A stretch of DNA of 61,741 nt, filler included, from Basidiobolus ranarum (lineage: Eukaryota), in NCBI GenBank assembly GCA_040143965.1. It is 13 parts of 13 records of this genome, joined end to end, with 100 filler letters (N's around TTAATTAATTAA, not from the genome) between each part and the next. Parts side by side here need not be neighbours in the genome. Positions count along the whole stretch, not along the records: positions 14,312 to 18,977 come from JASJQH010001873.1; positions 19,078 to 23,740 come from JASJQH010001874.1; positions 23,841 to 28,500 come from JASJQH010001875.1; 10 more parts are not named here. One strand, 5' to 3'. Below are positions 14,443-26,856 of the stretch, piece after piece; the stretch's first letter is position 1; the number at the start of each line of letters is the position of its first letter. The notes beneath the pieces are model-generated. The model was not told where the DNA came from. It did no database searches and saw only the letters and a list, made by a program, of their open reading frames with translations. The position numbers and the translations under genes were made by a program.

Positions 14443-14999
14443 TATGCTTTCCTTCTGTACTATAGCAACTATGTATTCTACTCTATTCAAGAATAAATGA
14501 AGAGAGATATTACAATGCGACAAGCTTCATACCTGTATTTATGAGACGAAAAGCACATATTAACCCTTTACCTAGCGTTAACAAGGCATTGACTTACTAA
14601 GATTTTCTTTCATATAATGCAATATTGCATTAGAGTTATTAGAGTTCAAATACTTATCATGAGGGTAATACGTAATAGATGAGGTTCCGGTAACCGGCTC
14701 AAATTTGACAATGTCTGTAGATATTGTACCAAAGTCGTGTGTGAGTGAAACAGTCATTATGTTCCTAACAATTTAAGAATGTTAACAAGTTAAGTTTTGT
14801 AGATTTCAGCATGAGTTATTAATTTTTGCTAATACAGATTCGTATAGAAGTAATCGCAAGCAAGTAAAGTAAATAGTTGGAATAACTATAGTAAAGGATC
14901 AGTAATTGGTCCATTCTTTACTAGCATCTATTTGTATTCATACAATTTAGTTCAGTCATTTAAATAATTTCAAGAGTCACAGTTATATCATATAATCTA

Positions 15000-15272
15000 G
15001 CAAGTGAACCATAGTTTATTACTTTTATAATATAAAAAAGTGTAGATTCCGATTGTACAATCATAATTTTCGTTGGCAGCTGAATTTAATCACTAGATTG
15101 GTGAACAGTTTGATAGTGCTATTATGATTTAAACATTCTCTATACTTTCACTAAAGCATCAATGTGACAGCGTTCCAAGTCTAATTGATAAAAAATCTAT
15201 TTTCAGGATACTCTCTAGGTTTATATAAATATGTTCTTGAAGGTCTATGAAGAATACCCATAGTATACAAAT
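15000..15272 (+). promoter_or_regulatory. Conserved upstream block of the array genes (homologous to ~17860-18103)
   Basis: Shared gcaagtga..atagtttattacttt..gtagattc..taattttcgttggcagc..ctttcactaa..gcatcaatgt motifs and a TATA box before copies 1 and 3. Confidence 0.55.
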
Positions 15273-16028
15273 ATGCATATCAAACTCAAATTATTCATTA
15301 TTTCCGCATTACTAGCAAAGGCATCTGTTGGAGTTCCTCTGAGTGCACTATCCCCTGACTATAACAATGTTGCGCTACGAAACGCAAGCCCGTTAGGAGA
15401 AGGTGCTCAGATTCTGTCACCACCCATGCAGCAGTCAGGATACATTACCAATCAGTCAGAGCAGTCGCCACTTCTAAAGCAAGTGTTTAATACCGAAACA
15501 AGAAAGCATGACTATTTGAATGACGCAAGAATAGATAACGACAGAAATTCGAATATAAAATTACAATCAGGCCCTAGCTTGGAAGCCGAAGGTAACGAGG
15601 CACAATCTGACCAAGGTGAACACACAGATACTGGGTCCAATATTGATCTCGGAATGGCTCAAGTAGCACAGAATTCTGAGGGCGATGCAACCAATAACCT
15701 AGTATCGTCCTCAGAGAATATAGGATCAGAGGGGAGCATACCACTACAACAGTTGCCGAATAATCTGGGTCAGACTTTACCTCAGGTCGCCTTACTTGAC
15801 GACGTTCAAGGGAATTCAGCACAGACAGGACATGCTCTATCAGATTCCAATCAGTTTGACCAAGTGCAACGGATTGAGCAAACATTATATCAATCGCCTC
15901 AAGCATCACAGAAGGCTGAGACTCCACAAATCCCTGACGAGGAAGAGCCCGAAGATTCGGGCTCGGGTTGTAGAAGCTGTGGTTGCAGGAATTGCGGTCG
16001 TAGACGCCACTACGGCCGCAGATATTGA
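15273..16028 (+). CDS. Secreted N/Q/S/E-rich protein with C-terminal CxxCxCxxC/Arg-rich tail, copy 1 (251 aa)
   Basis: Signal-peptide-like N-terminus MHIKLKLFIISALLAKASVG, intronless ORF, TATAAA ~50 nt upstream, frame conserved among paralogs. Confidence 0.9.
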   Translation: MHIKLKLFIISALLAKASVGVPLSALSPDYNNVALRNASPLGEGAQILSPPMQQSGYITNQSEQSPLLKQVFNTETRKHDYLNDARIDNDRNSNIKLQSGPSLEAEGNEAQSDQGEHTDTGSNIDLGMAQVAQNSEGDATNNLVSSSENIGSEGSIPLQQLPNNLGQTLPQVALLDDVQGNSAQTGHALSDSNQFDQVQRIEQTLYQSPQASQKAETPQIPDEEEPEDSGSGCRSCGCRNCGRRRHYGRRY

Positions 16029-16679
16029 TATAGTTTCCTTTAGCATTATAGCAATTATGCATTCTACTCTATTCAAGTGTTAATAAAGTGAGAGATTTCA
16101 TTGCGACAAGTTCATTGTTTGCCTTTGTGAGACTCAATAAGTAAAGTAGCACTTAACGTAGCCTAGACTTATTAAGATCTCCTTTCATACATTACATATA
16201 ACATAAGAGCTTATGCCTTTAATATCATAGATTCAAACAGGTACAATGGATAGTTAGAGTAATTACGGTCAAGGATCAGAGATTCCACCATTCTTCTTTT
16301 CCCATCTTATGCTAGTACCCACACAATCAAGTTCATTTACTCTAAAAATTCACATATTATTTAGCAATCGAATTATAATATACAGTTAAACTTCAAAAAC
16401 GTGTCGATTGAGATTATTCAATGATGAGCTGAATATAATTACTGCAATGGTGCACTGATTTATACTTTCGTTGCACTTTCACTAATTTATTGAAAGCATG
16501 ATTCATATTAGCAAACTAGTTAGAGGGCATTCTTTAGTATTTTCATATACTTTCGCTGATGCGTAAATGTGACGGTGATTCAATTATGATTCATGATAAC
16601 AATTTTGATATAAGATCCTCTTTAGGCCTGTATATATACGCACTTGAATGTCTATGAACAATCACTAAATTGAACAAAA

Positions 16680-17447
16680 ATGCATCTCAAACTCAGTTTA
16701 TTCTTAACCTCTGTAATACTCGCTAGGGTATCTGTTGGAGTTTCTCTGGGTGCTTTCTCCTCTAACTATAATAATGCAGCAGTTCCAAGCACCAGCCAGC
16801 TGGAAAACGGCAGTCAAGTTCAATCCCCAACTATACGGCAGTCGACATATCTTGGTAGTCAATCGAGTCAGTCACCACTACTCCACCAAGTGTTTAATAC
16901 TGCAGCAAGAAATCATAACAATTTAAATGACGTAAGGATCAATAGCCAAGGAAACTCGAATGTGAAATATCAGTCAGGCCCTAGCTTGGAGGCTGAAGGT
17001 AACGAAACAAACTCAGACCTAGGTGAACACACAGATACTGAACCAAATGGTGGGTCCAATATTGATGCTGGAATGGCTCAAGTCGCACAGAATTCTGAAG
17101 GTGATGCAACTAATAACCTAGTACCATCCTCAGAGAATATAGGATCAGAGGGGAGTGTGCCACTACAACAGTGGCTGAATAATATCGGTCAGGCTTTACC
17201 TCAGCCAGCCTTACTTGATCACGTTCAAGAGAATTCAGCACAGGCAGGACATGCGCTATCAGATTCAAATCAGTTTGACCAAGTACAGCGGATTGATCAA
17301 ACACTATATCAGCCATCCCAACCATCACAGAATGCTGAGGCTCCACCAGCCACTGACGAGGAAGAGACCGAGGATTCGGACTCGGGTTGTAGAAGCTGTG
17401 GTTGCAGGCATTGTGGTCGTAGACGCCGCTTTAGTCGCAGATATTGA
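16680..17447 (+). CDS. Secreted Cys/Arg-tailed protein, copy 2 (255 aa)
   Basis: Paralog of copy 1 with a frame-preserving indel; tail GCRSCGCRHCGRRRRFSRRY. Confidence 0.9.
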   Translation: MHLKLSLFLTSVILARVSVGVSLGAFSSNYNNAAVPSTSQLENGSQVQSPTIRQSTYLGSQSSQSPLLHQVFNTAARNHNNLNDVRINSQGNSNVKYQSGPSLEAEGNETNSDLGEHTDTEPNGGSNIDAGMAQVAQNSEGDATNNLVPSSENIGSEGSVPLQQWLNNIGQALPQPALLDHVQENSAQAGHALSDSNQFDQVQRIDQTLYQPSQPSQNAEAPPATDEEETEDSDSGCRSCGCRHCGRRRRFSRRY

Positions 17448-18103
17448 TATAGTTTCCTTTAGCATTATAGCAATTATGCATTCTACTCTATTCAAGTGTT
17501 AATAAAATGAGAGATTTCATTGCGACAAGTTCATTGTTTGCCTTTGTGAGACTAGATAGAAAACTAGTGCTTCATATACCCTTGACTCAGAGTAGTTTTA
17601 TTAAGATCTTCTTTCATTTAACAATATGTTGTATAAAAATTAAGTTAACTGGTGACTAATCCAATGAACGAGATTGTGCCGATTAAAATACCATTAATAT
17701 ATGTATATCATAAATCCATGTAGAAGTTTAAACAAATGCAATAAGTGGAGGCAGCAACTATAATAGAGAACCAGAAATTTTACCTTTTTCACATCGGTAG
17801 CTTTTACTCATGCAATCAAGTGCAATTACTTCAAAAATCACAATTATAACATATTATATAGCAAGTGATAGTTTATTACTTTTGCAATATAATAACGTGT
17901 AGATTCTGATTATTCGACCTTAATTTTCGTTGGCAGCCTAATTTAACTGGACTGGTGAAGATTTTATAGGCCCTAAACTTTCACTAATGCATCAATGTTA
18001 CGTTGTTCCAAGTTTAATTGATAAAAAATTCACTTACAGGATACTCTCCAGATATATTTATAAATACCTGCATTTCCATGAAGAATATACACATTACACA
18101 ACT

Positions 18104-18871
18104 ATGCATCTCAAACTCAATTTACTCATCACCTCTGCAGTACTAGTAAAGGTATCTGTTGGAGCTCCTCTGGGCGCGCTATCCTCTAATTATAACAATG
18201 TTGGCCTTCTAAGCACAAGCCAGTTAGCGGAAAACAATCAGTTTTTATCGCCGACTAGACAACAGTCCACTTACATTAACAACCAGTCGGAGCAGTCTCC
18301 ACTTCTCAAGCAAGTGTTCAATACCGTAACAAGAAAACATGACAACTTAAATAACGCAAGAATAGATAACGACAGAAATTCGAATATAAAATTCCAATCA
18401 GGCCCTAGCTTGGAAGCCGAAGGTAACGAAGTACAATCGGACCAAAGTGAAGGCACAGATACTGAGTCCAACAGCGGGTCAAATATTGATGCCAGAATGG
18501 CTCAAGTCGCACAGAATTCAGAGGGTGATGCAACTAATAATTTGGTACCGTCATCAGGAAATATAGGATCAGAGGGGAGCATACCACTACAACAGTTGCC
18601 GAATAATCTGGGTCAGACTTTACCTCAGGTCGCCTTACTTGACGACGTTCAAGGGAATTCAGCACAGACAGGACATGCTCTATCAGATTCCAATCAGTTT
18701 GACCAAGTGCAACGGATTGAGCAAACATTATATCAATCGCCTCAAGCATCACAGAAGGCTGAGACTCCACAAATCCCTGACGAGGAAGAGCCCGAAGATT
18801 CGGGCTCGGGTTGTAGAAGCTGTGGTTGCAGGAATTGCGGTCGTAGACGCCACTACGGCCGCAGATATTGA
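18104..18871 (+). CDS. Secreted Cys/Arg-tailed protein, copy 3 (255 aa)
   Basis: Start at ATG 18104 (MHLKLNLLITSAVLVKVSVG) by homology to copies 1 and 2; TATAAA at ~18059. Confidence 0.9.
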   Translation: MHLKLNLLITSAVLVKVSVGAPLGALSSNYNNVGLLSTSQLAENNQFLSPTRQQSTYINNQSEQSPLLKQVFNTVTRKHDNLNNARIDNDRNSNIKFQSGPSLEAEGNEVQSDQSEGTDTESNSGSNIDARMAQVAQNSEGDATNNLVPSSGNIGSEGSIPLQQLPNNLGQTLPQVALLDDVQGNSAQTGHALSDSNQFDQVQRIEQTLYQSPQASQKAETPQIPDEEEPEDSGSGCRSCGCRNCGRRRHYGRRY

Positions 18872-19077
18872 TATAGTTTCCTTTAGCATTATAGCAATTA
18901 TGCATTCTACTCTATTCAAGTGTTAATAAAGTGAGAGATTTCATTGCGACAAGTTCATTGTTTGCCTTTGTGAGACTNNNNNNNNNNNNNNNNNNNNNNN
19001 NNNNNNNNNNNNNNNNNNNNNTTAATTAATTAANNNNNNNNNNNNNNNNNNNNNNNNNNNNNNNNNNNNNNNNNNNN

Positions 19078-22000
19078 GCATATGTCAAACAGGAAAGATT
19101 GGTTTTCCAGCTTAAAACCAACCCAAACAAGGAAAGTCTACTTAGATGATGACTTTGCACTAGATGCAGTTGGTAAGGGCACAGTTGTGCTCAATTTAGA
19201 CCAAGATTCAGCTACACCATCTGCAATGTTCAATAATGTTCTCTACATACCAAATATAGCCAAGAATCTACTCTCAGTAAGCCAAGCAACAACTCAAGGA
19301 TTAAATTTCTTGTTTGGTAAGGCTGGATGCACAATTACAGCTCAGAATAATACCAAATTAGCTACTGGGATCAAAACTTAAAGCTTATACAAGCTAGAAA
19401 TCAACAAATTGCATTCTGAGCATGCAAACCTGGCCAAAACTGGTGAAATAAGTTGTCAAACATAGCATAAAAGATTAGGCCATATTGCAGGGCAAAAACT
19501 GACCCAAATGATCTGAAATCAGCTTGTTTCAAGCTTCAAAAGTGGAAACATCACTAAGTTGGATCTGTGTGAGGTTGCATATATGAAAAACATCACAGAC
19601 AGCCGTTTTCAAGTTGGGAGAGATCAAATCTTCTCAGAATCTTTCCCTGATTCATTCTGACCTATGTTCGCCCATGAAAAATGTCTCATTGGGCTGGAAA
19701 AGGTGCTTTATGACCTTAATTGATGACAAAACTAGATCAACTTGGGTATTCTTTTTCAAATCAAAATCTGAAGCCTTAGCTACATTCAAGCACAACAAAG
19801 TGATGGTAGAGAAAGAATCAGCACAAAAAATAAGGGTACCAAGGAGTGATAATGGTGGAGAATTTTGCTTTAAAGACTTTGCTTGTTTTGCTCTAAACAT
19901 GGAATTAAGCAACAAACTACTGTACCTTATACTCCACAGGAAAATGGAGTTGCAGAACATTTTAATAGGACTAAAGTGGTGATGGCAAGATCAATATTAC
20001 ATTATCAAAAGTTAGATTACCAATATTTGGCTGAATCTGTCTCCACTGGAGTCTTTATCAAAAACAAATGCCCAACAAGATTGCTACAAAATTCTACTCT
20101 GTTTGAAGCCCTATATGGATCAAAACCAAGTGTGGATCATCTCAGGATCTTTGGTTGCATAGGATATTGCCTAATTCCAGCTCAAAAATGCTCAAAATTG
20201 GAACCCAAAAGCAGAAAATGCATATTTCTTGGTTACTGTGATGGATCTAGGACCTACAGATTGTTTGATACCAAGAATCAGAAGTTAATCAAGTGCAGAG
20301 TTGTGATATATGATTAAAAAGCAAATTTTTCACTTCAAATCACAGTTTTTGATTCTGAAAACACAATTAGCACTGTTCAGGAAGTGTCTGACAAATTTCC
20401 AGCTCTATCTGAGCCCTATTCAATCGAAATACAGTCCCAATTACATTGAAGAATGATTCGGGACCCAGAAAATCATCCAGAAGGAGAAATAAGCCAGGAA
20501 ACTGGTGGAACACTTGCAATGATGATGTATACGCTTATGCAGCATTCTGTGACAAGCCACAGACTCTAGATCAAGCTCGGGAGTGCCCAGAATCAAAATT
20601 ATGAAGAAGCAATGTCAGCTGAGTTTTGTTCACTTCAGTACAATAACATATGGGTTTTAAGTCCTCTACCATCAGGGAGAAAGCAAATAGATTGCAAATG
20701 GGTCTACAAAGACCAAAACCAAGCAGATAGAACCATAGAAAGGTACAAAGCAAGATTAGTTGCAAAAAGCTACTCCCAGACACCAGGAGTTGATTTATTG
20801 AACGTTTTGCTCCAGTAGCTAGGTTTAGCTTGATTAGATCAATCCTGGCACTCTCAGCCATCCATAACCTTGATTATATCAAATGCATGTAAAAACAGCT
20901 TTTCTGAATGGATATCTAGAAGAAGAGATCTGTATGGAGCAACCAGATAAATTTGTTGACCCAAAACACACTGATATGGTCTGTAAACTGCAAAAATTGC
21001 TAAATGGACTCTAGCCAGCACTCCAGGCATGGTGCATCAACATAGATACCTATTTGGAATCACTAGAATTCCAACAATGCATAGCAGATCACATTATTTA
21101 CATCAAAACAACCAGAAATAGGATCCTTATCTTGGAACTCTATGTGGACGCCTTGATCATAGCCACAAATGATCTAGAAGCACTAAATCAGACAAAAAGC
21201 AGCTTATCAAACCAATATCAGATGACTCATATGGGTGAATTAAGTTATTTTCTTTGAAACCAAATCAAGAGAGATAAACCCAATCAGAAAAGCATGCTGA
21301 ATCAGTCTAGATAAAACCTAGATATCCTAAAATGCTTCAACATGAAGAATTGCAAACCTGTATCAACACTAATGGATCCCAATGTGAAACTAATGCAAAT
21401 TTTCATCCAATTTAGCCCAAAACAACTCAAATCAAAGCCAGGCGCTCCCTCACCCATCCATGGTGGGTTGTTTTATACATACAATAGTTAGAACATGTCC
21501 AGACATTGCTTTGAGAGTGGGAAATATCAGACATTATCTCAAAAATTCAGGAAAAAAAATATTCAGGTATTTCAGAGGATCTGAAGATCTAGTTCTGGAA
21601 TACTCTGCCACTCCTGATGCACAAAGATTTGAAGGATACAGTGATTCAGACTGGGGAACAAGCCTTGATGGTAGAATATCAACCACTGGGTATGCTTTTC
21701 TCTCTGGTAATGGAGCCATAACTTGGGATAATAAGAAGCAACCAACCAAAGCACTTTCCACTACAGAAGCATAGTATATGGTGGCCTCTGCTACTACACA
21801 AGAAGCTATGAGGTTAAGGAAGTTATTTACACACTCAGGATACATGCAAAAATGTGCTATTACTGTATCTGAAGATAATCAGAGTGGTTTTTCATTAGAT
21901 AAAAACCCAACATTTTATGCTAAAACAAAACATATAGACATTAGGCATCATTTTGTTAGAGAAGCAATGGAGAATGACATAATTGAACTTGTATATTACC

Positions 22001-22453
22001 CTGCTGAAGAAATGATTGCTGACATCTTAACCAAATATTATGTTAAAGCACATAAGATTAAGTTAGGTTTAATAGAAATACAAAAGATTTAGTGAGTGGG
22101 ATTGTTCGAATTAGGTGTATAGCAACTCATTGTTTAGTAGTTAGTTTATTCATATTCTGATTATTTAGTACTCAATTCTGTCATTCAAAAATGTGTGTTT
22201 ATTGCTACAAATGATTGAAATATCAATTGGATCACTTTTACCAATTTTCACTATTTTCTCAAATCTTCTCCAAATCAGCACAAAATTTTAACCATGCTTA
22301 ACAGGCATATTTGTTATAGTCTAAGCATGTCCAATAGTCCTATTTCCTAGTGAACTACAAATAGGACATATTCAACTTAAGTTACTTAAGTGTCTAATTT
22401 ACAAATCCAAATCATGTCCACACCACTTCCAAATACCCTTAACACTTAAATCA
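19078..22453 (+). mobile_element. Ty1/copia family 1: protease-integrase-RT-RNase H, PPT and 3' LTR (22103-22453)
   Basis: Motifs HMSNRKDWF, LIHSDLC, RSDNGGEF, PQENGVAE, YKARLVAK, LYVD, GYSDSDW and KTKHIDIRHHF; purine tract agtgagtggga precedes TGTT; many stops. Confidence 0.95.
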
Positions 22454-22949
22454 AAAAAACTGTCAAGAAGCCACCATCATACCATCAAAATCTCTGGCAG
22501 AAAGCAAGCTACCCATACTGTGGGATACTCTGATGGTTTTGTACTTTAGAAGGGTGGATCTATTCCAGATCAGGTCAATTTTATTTTTGTTAGGGAACCA
22601 CAAGGAGATTATTCAAGTAGCATATCCAACACATAGCTCTGATAAAGTTTCAGAAGTTGCTTACATAGCAATCACCATGCTGGCTGATAGAAGTAGTGGT
22701 ACTTACTCTGCTCACTGCCAACCTTGTCAATCAAGATTGCTGCACTTCATGAAACCACTCCATTCTCTCAAATATTTGGAAGAATGCTCAACCATCTATA
22801 GAACTACCAAGATGTTCTACTCAAACCAATTAACACTAAAGACTTAGTAAAATGCCTTCAATTTCTAACAGATATAGTGTACCCTGGATTCATCTCAAGA
22901 AGCAAACATGGTCAACATTAGATGATATCAAAGCAATGGTGCAGATTGG

Positions 22950-23160
22950 GGACATGATATTCAGGATATAAGATTTATCACTTGATATATCTTTCTCTAT
23001 AGTGAAGCAGCCAAATCATGGAATAGCAAGAAACAACCAACTGCAGTACTATCAACAGCTGAAGCAGAGTACATGGCAGCATCACATACAACAAAGGATG
23101 CTATGTGGTTAAGGAAACTGCTCAAAGACTTGAGCATTTTTCAAAGCTCACCCACCATAA
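22950..23160 (+). mobile_element. Copia RNase H fragment cut by a TIR-like element
   Basis: SWNSKKQPTAVLSTAEAEYMAASHTTKDAMWLRKLL...PTI, followed abruptly by TAGACTTGTT. Confidence 0.8.
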
Positions 23161-23740
23161 TAGACTTGTTCCATTGGACCAGGTCAAATTGTGCCGCTCA
23201 ATCCAGCCAGCTAGTACACCATCTGGCACGATCTGTCAATTACCATGGCTGGGTCCTATAACACTTGATTGGTCATGGTAAGGAACAATATGGCACTATC
23301 CCACCACAATCGGACATGATAATTTTTTTGAGATATCATGCCAGCCCATACCAAGTTACCCGATTTAGTATTGCCAAATTACGATTTTGGGTAACTGACA
23401 AAGTAAATTCATCCCCTAGTTTGTAACTTATGGATTACTGAATGTGTAACAATAAACAATTTATACTGTAACTTACCCAATCAAATGTATAACTAAGACA
23501 TTCACATGTTTTTAGGCCAATCATTTGTCCCTCACTAACACAGTATCCTGATTTTCAATTGGGCACAACAGCTCCTGCATTACAAAACACCAGTAGTTTT
23601 GGCACACCGGTGACAAATCACAGCACTCAATGATGGATCAATCTGCAGTATGATAGTAGTGATCAGGATTGCTTGATTCATCATTTTTAGATCAGCAAAT
23701 TATTTATTCAATCATGTAAGCTTCTAATTGGGTGAAAATG
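23161..23740 (+). mobile_element. Terminus of a TIR DNA transposon, possibly hAT-like; homologous termini at 27437(+), 4895(-) and 47931(-)
   Basis: Terminal motif TAGACTTGTTmCAwT...CCAGG occurs at four junctions with two different internal continuations (left and right ends) and a shared tggcactatc subterminal motif. Confidence 0.6.
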
Positions 23741-23840
23741 NNNNNNNNNNNNNNNNNNNNNNNNNNNNNNNNNNNNNNNNNNNNTTAATTAATTAANNNN
23801 NNNNNNNNNNNNNNNNNNNNNNNNNNNNNNNNNNNNNNNN

Positions 23841-24007
23841 AGAAGTTTTGAGAAAATAGTGAAAATTGGTAAAAGTGATCTAATTGATATTTCTATCAAT
23901 TAGAGCAATAAACACACGTTTTTGAATGACAGAATTGAGTACTAAATAATCTGAATATGAATAAACTAACTACTAAATAATGAGTTGCTATTTACCTAAT
24001 TTCAACA
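23841..24007 (-). repeat. Partial family-1 copia LTR, nested antisense in another copia pol
   Basis: Reverse complement of the LTR start TGTTGAAATTAGGTAAATAGCAACTCATT, abutting pol sequence at 24008. Confidence 0.85.
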
Positions 24008-26856
24008 CAAGCAACTGCTCAAGGACAAAAATTGTGTTCAGCAAGGCTGGATGTACTACCACATATCAAAATAATGCAAAATCAGACACAGGGATCAAAA
24101 CTGAGAATATATACAAGCTAGAAGCTAACAAACTGCTTTATGAGTATCCATACCAGGCTAAAATTAATGAAGAAACTGTCAAACATGGCATAGTAGGCTA
24201 AGACACATTGGGGAACATACACTCACTTAAATGTTCCAAAATCAGTGTGTTACAAGCTTAGCATCTGAAACTATCACCAAATTGGTTCAGTGTAAAGGTT
24301 GCATATATTGAAAACATCACAGACATTTGTTTTGAAGCGTTCAAAAGGTCACCTCCACTCATGAAATTGCACTTCTTCATTCCAATCTCTGTAAGCTCGT
24401 GAAAAAATATATTATTTGGTGGGATAAAATACCTTATGACCATTATTGATTAAAAAGCAAGTTACATTTAGGTACTCTTACTCAAATCAAAATCTAAAGC
24501 CTTTACTATGTTCAAGCACTACAAAGCAATGTTGGAGCAAGAACCGGCACAAAAAAGGGATATTAAGGATTCAAAATGGTGAAGAATACTGCTCTAGAGC
24601 CTTTGTTAGTTTCTGTTCTGAACACAGAATTAATCAACAAATTACTATACCTTTTACTCAAAGGCAAGATGGAGTTCAAGAATGTGCAAACAGGACAAAG
24701 GTGGAGGTGGCAAGATGAATTTTACAAGAGCAAAAGTTTAATTTCCAACATGGGGCTGAATCTCCACTGTAGTCTATATCAAAAACTGATGCTTTACAAG
24801 ATTGCTAAAAATTATACTCCAATTGAAGCTCTGTAAGGAGCAAAACCAAGCATGGATCATCTTACAATCTTTGGTTGCACAGCATATTGCCATATTCCAG
24901 CTCAAAAACTCTCTAAATTGGAGTCAAAAGCAGCAAATACATACTTCTTGATGACTGTGATTAATTCAAGGCCTACAGACTGTTTGATACCAAATATCTC
25001 AAATTATTGAGTGCAGAGAAGTGCTTTCAGATGAAAAAGCATATTTTTCTCCTCAAATCACAGTTATTGATCCAGCAAGCACAAACAGCACTATTCAAGA
25101 TTTGTCTGGCAAATTTCCAGCTGTATTTGAGCCAAATTCAACCAATGTTCTAGTATCAATAACATCATTGAAGGATTCAAGACCAAGAGGCCATCCTTCA
25201 GGAGAATCAAGCCAGAGAACTATTGGAACACTTGCCATGATGCTGTTGGTGCTTATGCAGCATTTTTTGACAAGCTATGGACTCTTGATGAAGCTATGGA
25301 GAACCCAGAATCAAAATTATGGGAACAAGCAATGTCTAATGAGTTTTCTTCACTTCCAGATAATAAAATCTGGGCTCTGAGTCCTTCACCACAAGGAAGA
25401 AAGCCAATTGGTTGCAAAGTAGTCATCCAAGCCCAAAATTAAGCTGATTGACCATAGACAGGTACAGAGCATGATAAATTGCAAACAGTTATTCCTAAAC
25501 TCCATGAGGTGACTTTAATAAGTCTTTGTCTCCAGTGGCTAAGTGTAGCTTCAACAGATCAATCCTGGTACTCTGAATTGCCCATAATCAGACAAAAAGC
25601 AGCTGTACAAACCAATTTTAGATGACTGTTATGGGTGAACTAAGTTATTTTCTTGAAATTCAAATCAACAGAGATAAACCCAATCAGAAATCTTGCCCAG
25701 TCAGTCTAGATATATCCCAGACCTCCTAAGCTACTTCAACCTGGAGAATAGCAAGCCTATACTAATAGCAACGAATCCCAATGTTAAATTGATCAAATTT
25801 CATCCATATTGGCCAAAAATGACCGAAATCAAAGCCAGGAGCTGATTTAGCCATCCATAGTGGGTAGTTTACTCTATCCAATTGTTAGAACACATCTAGA
25901 TATTGCTGCAGCAGTGGGAACTGTCAGCCAATATCTCACAAATCCAGGATGTGTGTGTAGCACACAAGTAAAACAAATATTGAGGATTTGTGATGAATGA
26001 TGCTCATAGTTCTGGAATACTCTGGCACTCTGGGTGCCCAAAGTGTTGAGGGCCGTAGTGATGCAGACTTGTGATGAAACCTTGATTATAGAAGATCTGC
26101 AACTGGGTACACTTTTCTCGATTGCAATAGGACCATAACTTTCAATAGTAACAAACAACCAAACATATCACTTTCCAATACAGAAAAAGAGTATGTGGCT
26201 GTCTCTGCTACACCACAAGAAGCTCTATGATTAAGGATGCCATTTACAGACTTTGGATCAATGCAAAAATGTGCTATTACTGTATTGGTGGATAATCAAA
26301 CATGTATATCATTAGCTAAAAACCCTACATTTCATGCTGGAACAAAACACATAGATATTAGGTAAGATTTTGTTAGATAAGCTATAGAGAATGAAATAAT
26401 TAAACCTGTCCATTACCCTTCTCAAGAAATGTTTGCTGACATCTTAACCCAACTTTTGGCAAAAGCACAATTTCAGTTATTAACATATGAGTAAGGTTTA
26501 TGAGAAATACAAGATAATTAGTCAAGTGGGAATGTTGAAACTTGGTAAATAGCAACTCATTATTTGGTGGTTGGTTCTTTCAAATTGTGAATAGTGAGCA
26601 CTTGATTCAAAAATTTAAAAATGTGTGATAACTGTTCTAATTGATAGAAATATCAATTAGATCACTTTGACCAAATATCATTATTTTCTCAAAAACTATT
26701 GAAAATCACCTTAAGGTTTTGCCCAGGCTTTACAGGCATGTTTGCTTTGATCTAAGCTTATCCAAAAGTCCTAGTTTATACTAAACTCTAAATTGGACAT
26801 ATTCAATCCAATATTACTTAAGTTTATAATACATCAACCCAAATCATGTCCAAAAC
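24008..26856 (+). mobile_element. Ty1/copia family 1, degenerate integrase-RT-RNase H with 3' LTR (26533-~26856)
   Basis: Collinear with 19290-22430 but with an internal RT deletion; PPT aagtgggaa then TGTTGAAA. Confidence 0.9.

Noticed and set aside
17987-18103. 39-aa N-terminal extension of array copy 3
   Set aside because: The upstream ATG precedes the TATA box and is not conserved in copies 1 and 2.
15574-18926. Overlapping and antisense ORFs repeated in each array unit (95 aa +, 78-162 aa -)
   Set aside because: They recur only because the DNA is duplicated; most use non-ATG starts and the antisense ORFs vary in length.
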